Source: Phoronis australis (lineage: Eukaryota; Animalia; Phoronida). From it: a DNA stretch of 64,000 bases. The stretch spans positions 256,045-320,044 of the forward strand of contig NMRA01000198.1 of the NCBI GenBank assembly GCA_002633005.1. Direction: 5' to 3'. This document shows, one piece after another, positions 1 through 12,400 of this stretch. The position numbers and the translations under genes are program-made. Below the pieces are notes generated by a model. That model was not told the DNA's origin. It saw only the letters and a list, made by a program, of their open reading frames with translations, and did no database searches. How positions within the stretch are numbered: the first letter of the stretch is position 1; the number at the start of each line of letters is the position of its first letter.

Positions 1-967
1 AAACTTACATTAATCACATTCATTATCTCAGTCACGATTTGATGCTGAGGCTCATACTCGACGTATGTACCTGACAACTACGTAACCAGCAATGGTACAT
101 CAAATGCATTTACACGTTGGAGAAACCTTCGTCAAACCACCGTTTCTGCAAGATTCTTAAAAATGGATGAGCACAGCGTGACCCCTGAACCGACGCACGA
201 GCCTGTGCCATTTCTGGGCGATCTTAGGGTCTTTTGGGAACAGAATAAAATGAAATGGTGTCTGTCCGATTGCTATTACTGCATCCTCCGCACACGCACC
301 TTTTCATAATTCTCAGTCGAACTCAGTTTTCGAGACCACTAGATTGGAAAACAGATCAACAAGCTTTTGTTAGCGTGCGGTATTAGTTGCTCGAGTTGAG
401 GAATACGAGATCGTTGATGGACGAAAATGTTGTGATCGAGAAGTCTATGCTACGTTGTGCAATAAACGTGTAGGTGGGTCTCGTGGGGCTATTTCTTCAG
501 AGATCGCTGCTGGTGACAATGAGTTGCTACGCAACAATACGAAAGGTAAATTAGCAACTCGTCCAAAGGGTGGCACAAGTTATCGTGAAACCGTTTGCCA
601 AGCGAGATGTTCTTGACAGTGACACTTCTTCAAGTGGTGGGGTGCATGAACCTTATGTTAAATTTAAGAGGAGTGTTAAACCTCCCAATCTGTGTTAAGG
701 ACTACATAGTATACGTAGGCTCTGGTGTCTTAACAGAATCTCAAATGAATTAATTTCATTTGAGCTGTTGTTTGGCGTTTAAGCGTGGATTCCTGTGGGT
801 TTTTTTGTGTCTTGTTAAGAGAAAAGGAGGGGATGAAATGTACGGAAGTTGAGTGTTGTGTGTGATGGTTACTTAACTGAGATACAGTGAACATTGCTGA
901 TTAGAGTAGTGTTTGTTACACTGTATTTTAGTGGGATTGAATGCAATAACATCGCGCTACTTTCCAG

Positions 968-3900
968 GTAATTTTTGGATATTGGGCGGCGTGGCAGGAG
1001 CTCTTACAGCCCCATTCGTTTTGCCTGCTGTAGGGTTCGGATCTGCAGGAATTGCTGCGGGTTCGTGGGCAGCTTCCATGATGTCAAGTGCCGCTATCGC
1101 CAACGGAGGAGGAGTAGCAGCTGGTAAGAACAACAATTATATATTAAAAACTGTTTTGTTATATTCGACAGCAACCATGTACCACAGTTGCTGAAATATA
1201 GCCTAGGCGGTGTTTGCATTATTGTTGTGCGTGGTAACCTCTCCACTGATCAAGAACTGGTCAGCGGTGGTGAAAACCGTTTGTACACTTGAGATAAATA
1301 GTCATGCAGTGCAACACAGTATGTTCGCACAACACATCTTTCTCAACATAGAAGCACTGTACGGGATTGCACGAGCAACGTTGTCAAAAAGACTGTACGG
1401 TGTGCCCATATTAAAACAACTTAATGAGAATGTAGAAGGAGAGAGTGTGCCACAGAATGCCTAAGGTAGACATCCAATACTCAGGTTATTCAACAATTCA
1501 TCGTGTCACCATTACGTGCAAGTCTTTGCATTTGCAAACTCTGTGATAAGCCCGTAGAGTTTGATTCTGTATTTAGTGCTGATGAAATCGTCTGTATTAT
1601 AACAAGATTCTGTGCAGCGAACTACGCCTTTAGCGAGGCTGTGTGGGCAGATACGTAGCCAGCTACCGTTATCTAACCGCCCTGAGTGTTGCAACGGTTA
1701 CCATGCATCTTTCCGGACGTTGCCGTTTTCTAAAACTGGATTTTTGACGAAATCGTTCAGGCAACCTTTGATCGCCCTTGTTTTTTGTGAATTGATATCG
1801 GCTTGAAGCACATAGCAACCTGTTATAGTGCTGGTGTTGTTTTATTATCAAACCTTATCTCACACACTAAAAGTTTTGTCATTTTGTTTCGTTTTAAAGT
1901 TAAGTGTAACTGATTGGACATTAAGAAGGCTTCTTTTAGGGAACTGAAATAGTGGGCGGAACCATGCAGTTGTGATGAGGATATCACTCCATTACCAAAA
2001 GTGATATAATAATTTTTTTTAGAAATCTGCTGGATTCCTGGACCACCCCCAGATCTATACGTATTCAAATGGGGAAATGAAGCCATTTACTTTCGGTGCC
2101 CTCCCTCACTAGGAACAAATTTTCACAGTTTAAGCAGCAGGGCATCGTTGAGAAACCATGTGCGATAGCCTAGAGCTGCTCCATCATTAGGGAAATTATG
2201 CACAAATGGGACATTTCTCTAACATAATTCAAATTGTAATTTGCGACTAATGATAGTTGACTTTCGAAAACGCTACGCCATATTAAAATTCACAATCCGC
2301 CTGACGGGGATCAGGTCCTTGGTGGACCTGCGTTCAACGTCACCTACAAATCCCATGTAATGCGCATTGCACCATAGATTATAGACATAGTCTATGATTG
2401 CACGCAGACGGGTGGTTTTGACCTACTGGTGTAAACAGCGTTTTTTAAAACACCTTTCCTGGCGGGGATGTACAAATGCCTTGCGAATAAAGACAAACCT
2501 TGTGTAATATCGATTCATTACATGAACAAGGACATCATGCTCCACTTCGAAGAAGAATCCGCCACAAAGTCAGTGGCTACGGCTTATAAAACTGGAAAAT
2601 TTCGGTTCCACACGGTGCCAGAAAGCTAAAATGAATTAGTAAATTTGAGCTAATCAAAGAATGTGAGGGACTAACTGTGGAATTTATTCCTGTGTTTTTA
2701 ATTGATGAACCGCTATGTAGTAATTGAATTTCTGTCAACCATGTCTGAGTCAAGATCAGTCGGAAGTCACTTTCCTGCTCTCGTTACTGTAGAGAGCGCC
2801 AATATTAAAAAAACCCTGTTCCAGTTTCAGAAACCCAAGATAACTCCGGGAGACAAACTACTATTTTTATGTCGCTCATTCGATTTCCTACAAATCACCG
2901 ATCTCTAAGTCAAATTTACCATTTGTTTACATGGGACCTAGCCGTGCAAGATCAACCAGTGGAACCATGCAAAATAAGTGGTTCTGAAGTAGTATGAGTA
3001 GGTAACGACTCTTTACTCAACTATATTGTCAACTACGCTAATTATTGCGTTCAAAGGTGAAAGTCACATCTTTGAGAAGCCCATGCAGCACTACGATTGT
3101 TATGTTTTGAGATCTAGACCCTCCGTTTGAGTTCTTGTATACGATGAGTTAGTGTTAATACACATTATAAAAACAACAAATGAGCAAATTGAGGCCATTG
3201 GTAGGTCCAACTGAGATATTCACCGCCGATGACGTCAATTATTCCAGTGTGAAATCTGCTATTTCGGCTTTATCGAGTAGACAATTCATTCAAACATGTC
3301 AGTCAATGTAATAATTTCAGCCAGTCAGCGCGTGGAAGCATATAGAACAACGATAATCCGCCATCTTTGTCCCAAAAAGAATGATTGCAAACGAATGCAG
3401 GGCAGGGATATACGAGAACGAACGAGGAAAAGTGCGTGTCGCTGATAAACGCATATAACAGGCTGCATCTGATAATCGTTTATAGGTGAACAAGCGCAAA
3501 GTGAAAGAAATTCACCTTCATGATTTTACATAAATATTTTATTTTACTTAATAGTATCTAATGCGAATTTTAAAACAGTTCTACATGACATGTATAATTG
3601 CACAGCATAGTGTGGTACTTCTGTTTGCTACAACGCACATGACGAAAGCGTGGCCGCGTCAACAACTCAAGAATCCTAATACTAAACTATCAGTGGTCTA
3701 TTTTAAATTACTTAATAGTATCTAATGCGAATTTTAAAACAGTTTTATATTGACATGTATAATTGCACGGCATTATGTAGTACGTCTGTTTCCCACAACT
3801 CTCATGACGAGAACGTGGCCTCGTCGGCAACTCAAGAATCCTAACACTAAACTACCAGTGGTCACTAAAAATCATAATTTCAGGCGGACGGGATTTCCCC

Positions 3901-4806
3901 ATTATTGTTTGTACTGTGAAATAGGCTGTCAGAGCACCTAGTCTTGCCAGTAGTCCAACTCTTCGTTAGGTACCCCTGTACGCATTTTGATCAGATAATC
4001 TGTCGATGTTATACGATTGTAATGGCCTTCCGCCATATTGGCTTTGCTCTTTTGGAACCGTCTCAACAGCAAAAATTGAGTGGTGTGGCCTGACAGATTT
4101 TGTTGAAACTATACAGTGAGTACATTGATTTGCTAAGGGAACAATGTACGGTATAAATGACCGATGTCATTTTAATTGTGTTCACAGTTAATTGGCACTC
4201 CACTGAGCTAATGAAGAAGATCTAATGCGCCGTGTTTTACCCATGTGTATGTCAAAAAATATTTCGAAATTCTGGTACCTCAACATCGCATCCAAGTGTA
4301 CCTTCAGTACATCGTTTCCTAATGATTGTCATTGAGGTAATCTGCAAAGCCCGGCGGCAACCAAAAATAGAAGGGTACTCCAAGAATTACGTCTACCAAG
4401 GGAAAATACTCGGAATATAGATCTAGGTCGAAAGTTCTAAAATTTACACGTAGGTGGTAATTGGGCCAAAAAGCGTAAACGGAAACGTTGTTATTCTTGG
4501 CTTCTTTACAAACGCATGTAGAAGCATTTCTTTGTACCGGTGGTCACAAATCATTGCACACCACAAGAAATTGTAAGTACGAAGCAAAATCAGACGCTTT
4601 GCAATCTGGACTTTTTGGTTGCAGTAACGCTTTCAGGTGATCGAGCATTTTTTTCAGGTGGCATGGTTGCTACGTTGCAATCGGTGGGAGCTCTTGGCGT
4701 TGGAGTCTCTGGCATTGCTGGAGGGGCAGCGGTAGGAAGCGCAATTGGGGCTGCGGTAGACCATGCTTCTGGCAAAAACGACAATGATACCGGCATAAAC
4801 CCATGA
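968..4806 (+). CDS. IFI27: IFI27/IFI6 (ISG12)-family protein, gene 1. Coding exons 968-1123 and 4658-4806; upstream exon(s) unresolved (candidates 374-545 or 501-545)
   Basis: Spliced translation is GNFWILGGVAGALTAPFVLPAVGFGSAGIAAGSWAASMMSSAAIANGGGVAAG|GMVATLQSVGALGVGVSGIAGGAAVGSAIGAAVDHASGKNDNDTGINP*. This contains the complete ISG12 signature (GF.xAGIAAGS.AA.MMS.AAIANGGGVAAG..VATLQS.GA). Splice sites: acceptor ttccag at 967, donor gtaaga at 1124, acceptor ttttcag at 4657, all phase 1. The symbol is family-level only. Confidence 0.9.
3545..3862. repeat. Tandem duplication of a ~160 bp unit (2 copies) in a gene 1 intron
   Basis: ttacttaatagtatctaatgcgaattttaaaacagtt...cagtggtc occurs at ~3545-3698 and again at ~3707-3862. 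Confidence 0.85.
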
Positions 4807-4893
4807 TCACGATGTAAGTGCTTATAAGTCAACAGGAGAAGCCAACGGTTTTGATATTATTTTCACAAGGATACATGACATTTTTCATCATAA

Positions 4894-6585
4894 AGGAGAA
4901 TGCCACCCGATTTAATTAGTCTTTTTTGCCATCTTAATCGGTCTATATCCACATCGCCTCTGATACGGTCGACCTCACCTTGCTGAGAGGTGTCGCGTTA
5001 ACCTGTGAGAAAGGTGAGAAGCGACGCAGCGACGTCAGTGGTTCTTCTGCAGAGTGAATGCCGCTATATTGCGGTGCATTGGTTCCTGCTTGTCCGAACT
5101 ATGAAGCTGCGAAAAAAGCGGGTATATCGTTTTTTCGACTTCCTCGATAGACCGAAATGCTTAGGAAGTGGCTCGCGGTAGTGAAGAATGAAACGCATGC
5201 TGTTAATAGCAAGTATGAGGCCGTGAAACATTTCCGTGTCTGTGGCCGGCATTTCGTCGACAGTGATTTCTCTGACGAATTCCGGCTTACCAAAGAACTA
5301 TCCATACGTTCCGTTGCCTGTGCATGTTCTCTAGTATTTCTTGATCAGTGTATTCCGGTTCGAACTGATAGCCTGTGAAACCTAACGATCCGACCCGTGA
5401 AGTCTTCGTCGGATGAGCTCTTGACTAAGTCGGGATTGGCGCCCGGCGAGTTGCCATGTAGACGTTTATTATTCTACGTTCTGTTTCAAAATGAATTATT
5501 CTCATCCTAAAATGATCGTAACCAATGCTTATATGAAACTGAAACAAAGTCTGTGTCATTAGATACAATTAGAGTGCTCGTGAGTGCAAATGTTTTGAGA
5601 AGCCAGCAATGAATAAACCACTGCTTTACCGGCTTTTGATGCGGGCAACAAAGGTAACTGACGGGGCACCGAGGCCGTGTGAGCGCATGATAATTCAGTA
5701 TTTGCTGACAGAAAGCTGTTGTGAAACAATTACTCGATTTTATATGCTATTGTTACATGTTAGGGGAATCTTTATTTAGAAATACAAAAACATTATTCAA
5801 GTCATTGTTACTATACAACCTTTGCCCTGAAGGTCTGTGGAAGGGGAACCCGGCTTCGGCCCCCGACAAGTAGTAGATTTTCAGTTTCGTCACATAAATA
5901 ATTACGTGCACATTATTTCTTTGGCACACTATTATAGTCTTTTCGTGACGGGAGGTCTAGTTTCCAACTTAAGCAGGTTTATGTTCGTGCCAGTCCCGGC
6001 GGCCGCGACGGGCTTGATCGGGTTCCGAGACACTGGCCGGGATAACGGGTCAGTCCCGCCGCGACGGGCCTGATCGGGTTCTGATCCACTGGTCGGGATA
6101 ACAAGCGTTTTGTGTGTTTAGAACTAAAAAAATCACAAGTATAAACAACACAAATCTAGGTTCTCCTGTCTGTATTTCACCGAAAAATACTTCGATTTTA
6201 TCTCCGAACAGACCCAAAACTCCTGCTAAGGACCTTGGTAGTGCCGAACTTTATAGGCTACGGGTGTGTCCAAATACCAGTTAATCCAGAGTAGCGAAAT
6301 AAAACCACGTTTTTATAAGAACTCGGTGTATTTTTATGGGTTTTACATCGCAGTTTGATGATTTATTGGTGTTAAACGGTGAATTTAAGCGATAAGCTGA
6401 CACCACTAACCCGTGTTGGGAACTGCAGAACAGACTGCGTGTGAAACCAATTACGTCATTGGATAATTTCAACACCTCCGTCTGCCGTCAGGTGTAAGGT
6501 AACGCAACCGAACCTGCCGTTATGGAGTAGAACTACTCGATCTAAATTGATACAAAATAGGTTGTTTTTGGGGTGGCATTCTCCT
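4894..6585 (+). mobile_element. Kolobok-like non-autonomous DNA transposon (internal-deletion derivative)
   Basis: TIRs aggagaatgccaccc / gggtggcattctcct with TTAA-like flanks. THAP relic on + from 5058: MPLYCGALVPACPNY...SFFRLPR*TEMLRKW...RVCGRHF. Convergent minus-strand GYQFEPEY motif at ~5350-5380 resembles the N-terminus of the Kolobok accessory protein. Confidence 0.75.
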
Positions 6586-6866
6586 TAAAGATCATTTCTC
6601 TTTGTCTCGCACGAACTATACTGTTTGAATTTCTTTGTCGACTAACAAATCACTCGAACACGCCGCCATTTTGACTATCACTTGAAAACACCTCTTGGGC
6701 TTGTTCACTTATGTATGCTTTTTTTCGTTGTTCCGTCAAAATTCACTAATCGGAAGCTGTCTTTGCTATGTTTAGAGGGTGGCACCTCCTCTAGGATATT
6801 ACGCAAGAAAATGTCTATGTACAGCTGTCGCCAAAGATTTATTCTTGACTGCTAATTCTGTTTCAG

Positions 6867-6930
6867 GAGATGGTCGCCTTGATGGAGTGCTGTGTTACTC
6901 AAATAAATATATAGAGAACAACGTTTTCCT
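6867..6930 (+). other. Candidate terminal (3' UTR) exon of gene 1
   Basis: A donor gtaagt lies at 4814, just after the stop. Downstream are a branch-like ctaat (~6852), a tttcag acceptor ending at 6866 and AATAAA at ~6902. Confidence 0.4.
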
Positions 6931-7793
6931 GTTGCCTAGATGCCGTTTTTTTGTGAATTCGATTTCTGAGAAGTAGGCCTACTGTTATTTGTGAAATAAA
7001 ATTTTGCCTTGTAAAAGAACCCAATACAGTACTTCATGTTGCTAACAGCATACTGTGTATTTGCCAATTGCTCCACACTTGGCGGACTGCCCCACTTTTT
7101 ATTTTTTCCGCCATCTCGCCACACCATCTAAATGTCACGCTTTTTGGTACGCGGTCAAATTGACATATTAGCACAAACTATTGCAAATTCCCAAGTGACA
7201 TAGCTATATTTTACAGCTCGACTAAAAAGAAAAAACAGGACGTTTCATGAGCTTTTGCGCACCCGCAATTTCCCATTCAGCGTCTTTGTTTAGTGCAGCG
7301 AACATTTCATCCTTAGGTTTTGGCTGAGACCCAGATGACCCATTTCTTGTCCTGAAGTTCTGCAAACATTGAAGGTGTGCCTATATCCGAAGCACAATAA
7401 TCAACACAAGTTCTTTTCAAATGTCCCGCATACAGGCGCATGCGCCTAAGTCCCGCAATTAGGCGAGGTTCCGCAATTAGGCACATGCACCTAATTGCGG
7501 GGTTATAACGCCTCAATCCCCAGTGGTAAGGAATTCTTGGTTGTTTCAGAACATAAATTAATTTGACCGCTGCTCCTTCAGACAACTTGAGCGGATTTGA
7601 CTGGATGTAAAAATATACGTGGTCTATATGTATCATCAAGAAATTTATATTCTGTGTCTACATAATACGTAATTTGATTTCAATTTTGAACATTCTTTCA
7701 ACAGAGGGATTTCCGTACAATACACACACGTACCCAACTCGTACTCTTATAATAGACCTTTTTAATTAATTCTAAAAAAATTCCGTCATTTTA

Positions 7794-9462
7794 AACAGGA
7801 GCAACGCAGAGCGTTGAAATGCACCCGCGAATGCATCGCAAATGGTGTGCTTTTAGGGTTGTATATTTGTATCACAAAAATGGACACTAGATGGCACAAA
7901 AACGTACAATCCATCCAAAAACGGGAACATGCCATATTTCATAAAAATCTGTCAAGGAACTTCAGAGAAACAAAGGAAAACAGAACAAAATGAAATTGCC
8001 ATCTGTGGGCACAGCATCCGTTCTATCCGCCTGAAAGTCGTCGTCTGTTATCTTCATATACGTTCACTTACTAAATTTAATAAAGATCCTGCAGTGGGTT
8101 TTGGAGATACAGCTAAGGGCGCAAAAAACTACCACTAGGAGGCGCCACAGTAGTCAGTCACCATCATCAAACGTCCTCTTTACACTGAAAACATACATGC
8201 CAATTTTCAAAACCATCCCTAGAATGATTTGGTTGACTGAGCGGTGGACGCCAAAAACAAGATTAGAAAACAGCAAAATGGCCACCAGGTGGCGCAAAAT
8301 AACTCGATTCCATCCAAAAACAGAATGATAGCGTCATCTCACCAATAGATGCCTATATTCAAAATTTTATGAAAATCTGTTGAGGACCTTTGAAGATACA
8401 GACTGGTAAACATAAAAACTAAAACTGCCTCTAGGGGGCACACCAGAAGTCAGATCCGTCCGAAAGTCGTCGTCATCTATTGTCAACATCAAATAAATAT
8501 ACTAGCTAAATTCAGTAAAGATCCTGCAAACGGTTTAATAGATACAGCAATGATTGCAAAAAACTGCCACTAGGAGGCGCCACAGTAGTTGGAACTCGTT
8601 GGAAAATCGTCTTCAGCCGTCCATTTCATAGTAAGACCATACATGCAAATTTTCCCAATTATCCTGAAATGGGTTTGGTTGACAGACGAGTGGACGCCAA
8701 AAAACAGACTCGAAAACAGTAAAAAATGGCCACTAGGTGGCGCAAACTGCCTGTATGCCAAATTTTATAAAAATACGTTGAGGACCTTTGAACATACAGA
8801 GGTAAACATAAAAAAATAAAATTGCCACTAGGTGGCACACCAGCAGTCACATCCGTCCGAAAGTTGTCGTCATTCGTTGTCAACATCATATAAATACACT
8901 TACCAAATTGGAACGGTTTAGGAGATACAGCTATAGGCGCAAAAAAACTGCCACTAGGAGGCGCCACAGTAGTCGAAATCGTCAGAAAATTATCGTCAGC
9001 CGTCCACTTCACAGTAAGAACTTACGCCAATTTTCACAATCATCCTTTGAGCGGTTTGCGTGATAGAGGGGTGCACGCAAAAAACAAGACTCGAAAACAT
9101 GAAAAATGGCCACTAGGTGGCACAAACTGCGTTGAATCCATCCGAAAACAGAAGGACAGCGTCATCTCACTAATAGGTGCCTATATACCAAATTTTATGA
9201 AAATCCGTTCAGTACCTTTGAAGATACAGAGGTAAACGTAAAAATCTAAAATTGCCACTAGGGGGCACACCGGTAGTCGGATCCGCCCGAAAGTTCGCTC
9301 ATGCCGTCCCAACCACGGAAGGAACAAATGTGCAAACTTTCATGAACATACGTCAAGGCATTTTGGAGATCAGATAGAGCAGCGGACGCCGGATGGACGG
9401 ACGGACGGACGGACGGAGATGACGACATAATGCGTCCACATATAAATATGTGGGCGCATAAA
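7794..9462 (-). mobile_element. Helentron-associated non-autonomous element (DINE-1/pearl-like) with a tandem core array
   Basis: One end has aacagg, a short stem-loop (caacgc-aga-gcgttg) and subTIR atgcaccc. The other end has a (GGAC)n microsatellite at ~9390-9417 and hairpin atgcgtccacata-taaa-tatgtgggcgcat followed by an A-run. About 11 internal units of 100-160 bp. Confidence 0.75.
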
Positions 9463-12400
9463 AACAATGGAAGTTGAATTTTAACCATTTGAGTATAGCA
9501 AATGACAACTGCGAAAACCATTATTCCCGGACCTGAGGTCTGCTTTAGTACGAACTCGAAATAAATGTTTATTTTTGAGTGCTCTCATTGGCAAATAACT
9601 CTTAATTTATTTTCCTGATATAAAATGAGCACGAATTGGAGATATCCAAAAGTAGTATTTGATTGTTTTTTTACTTTATTAGTGAAAGATCGGGCGTTTT
9701 GACAATGTGTATGAACACTGTCATGTTGTGGAAAGTGGAAAAATAATGTTTATGGACTGATATTACTATCGTTTCAAAGCTGTTCAGTGAACTTAGTTTG
9801 TAAGAAGTGAATTGTGCTGATGAGGAAATACTACAGCTCGTACGTAAAGAATTGGGTTAATGGGAACAAGACGCTGTTAGCGAGGACGCCCATGCTTACC
9901 GCGAGGGCGTGTGACATTGGCAAACCTCAGTATATGATGTGGGAAAATTATGACTCTATACTGGACTTACGTGAGAATAATCGGCAACTTTTCGTCAGCC
10001 ACTGCTACCATACTGTTATTAATTGGGCCACCTAACAATATTATTTTTAGTAAGAGTATGCAACGTTGATAGCAAAACAACGGTATCAATGACATGATCA
10101 AGTTTTATTTGATATAGATGGTTAAAATGAGAACTCAAAACCGGTTGCACAATATCATTTCGTTTTCGTTTTAGCCAACTATATATTTTTACATGTTTCT
10201 ATTTTATATGCCCCCCTTAATAAAGTAGAACATATAAAAACAACAGGATTATGGAGAATGATGCATAAACTGCAACTGTTATCTGAAAATTTCATGAATA
10301 AGAGTAGCCATTTCCAAGATATAACACACAAGTCGCATATAGCTACATGTAAAAAATCGTCAACTTGTCATGTTCCCACATTTGTATCAAAGATAAAGAT
10401 ACATGCAAACAGTACATGTATAATCAACAAGCTACAAAAACATAAATAATAGATGGAGAGACAGATAAATTGAAATCGAAATTACAATAGTCTAATCAAA
10501 ACCTTTTGAGAGTGTTTGAAATTGTATTACGAAATTTACATCTAATGATTCAACTAACACATGGTAACAACTACTAAAATGAGATGGAAAGCAACTGAGT
10601 TTTTTAGCATTTCTGTTTGACTCGTTGACATTTATCGTATGGCCCAGCAGAATCCGTTGGACTCGGTGTCCCACTGTTCATACCAAATGTGCTGGTTTCG
10701 ATATTAAATTTTGTTTAAAAAAAGGCAACGTTGATCATGTCCTTCATAGAGATTTGCAGTCTCAAAGTACATACGCCATTTATTAATACCAGGTGATTAT
10801 GCGGCCGTGAAATACGTCAGAACTACTTTTCCGAATTTTCTCTTTAGAAGATAACCGTTATCATCTCTAGAGGAATACACGGTGGCACTGTCGTAAGAAA
10901 TACGGCATTTGGCGGACTAAATCCATAAGAATTACGGTAGTAGTTTAAACTCCTCTTCTTTTATAGCATCACACACACAGCTCGAATTCTGTACTGGTGT
11001 TGATGTCATCGAATAATTGAAAGCCGATTACAGATGCTAAATGAAGCAAATATATAGCACAAATCATAAAAATATCCGCCAAATACCAACTAAAACTTTA
11101 TTCTAACAAACTTGGTGAAAATTAAGGTGAAAACAGTGCGCAAACACTCGCAACCTAAACGATACAACGATATCCTTTGACCAACTACTAGTCGTGAATA
11201 AGTCGTTGCCATGGTTAACATATTACTACGCCAAACACGGAAATCATAACCTCCGGGTCCTAACCGTGTTGTGCTTAGTCAATATAAGCAAATAAGTTAA
11301 TAGTTGTAACAAGTTTTGTATTATGATATTGATTTATTAATTCAAGTAGCAGAAGATTCGTGTAACTGCACGTCATAAAATTAGTTCATGCTATATGTAT
11401 GATAAATATGTTACACAACGCACATGATGATAGCTGTGGGTTATTATATGTCGATACCTGATATGCAAGCCGATCTTATAACCCAAAGTCATCATCACAT
11501 ACGTTATATAACATATATTTAATAACACAATACATGCAATCATGTGAAAAGCATAAGCACTGTATTTCTCTACCCTGTATACGTCACAGCTATCAAAGGT
11601 AGCAAACCCCGCGGGACTGAGATGTGTCCAGACTTTAGGCCACGTGATGTGACCAACATCAATGGCAAGTAAGAGTAATAAGTCTCACTTCTACCGCGTC
11701 CAGGCGCTGACTTATAACAGCTCATACCAAAGATAACATTATGATACACAAAAGTCATGCCGAAATGTGTTCCACGAGGTTTCTGTGTTAACTCCATGCC
11801 ATTAAGGGGGCACATAACAGTTCTCACTGGGTTTTGCCTAGCACAACACACATTCGACGTCACCTAGCTTTTCTTCACTCTGGCGAAAACTGCATGCAAA
11901 GAATGAAAAGTTTTTAGTCATTTCACATCCTACAGGTGATCACAGAAACTGTATTCTGTCTTGTATTGTTGGGCCTTTCACTCGTACTCAAAAGTAAGAC
12001 TATTTAGAAAAAAGGGGCAAAAAACAAAAAATGGCACACTTTTCACCCCAAAACCACCACTTCCCTGCCGACGCGCGACACAAGCCGACAATCTATAGAT
12101 TCTGAAAGCAAATTTCCCTCAGAATCCAAAAATGTGGTCCAAAAGTACCGACAACCAATCATATTTTGCAGTTCTGGCTTATTTCAGGGCTTCATGAAAT
12201 GTCAATTTTTCAGTCGCTTCACAAATACAACAAGGGGCCACCATGGTAAAGAAGAGTGCATCTTACAGCCAGGCAAATCGTCTTTTCTCTTTATCATCAT
12301 GATCACAAATACAAACAAGCCAGTTTCACTGAGTCTACATGCAATGCCTACCTCAAAACCGCCGCTGAGCCTGGCCTACATTTAGAATTTACCTTTTTCG

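Noticed and set aside
4804-4813. Selenocysteine or readthrough at the gene 1 TGA giving a RING fusion
   Set aside because: No SECIS or readthrough context recognised, and the candidate next junction creates another TGA.
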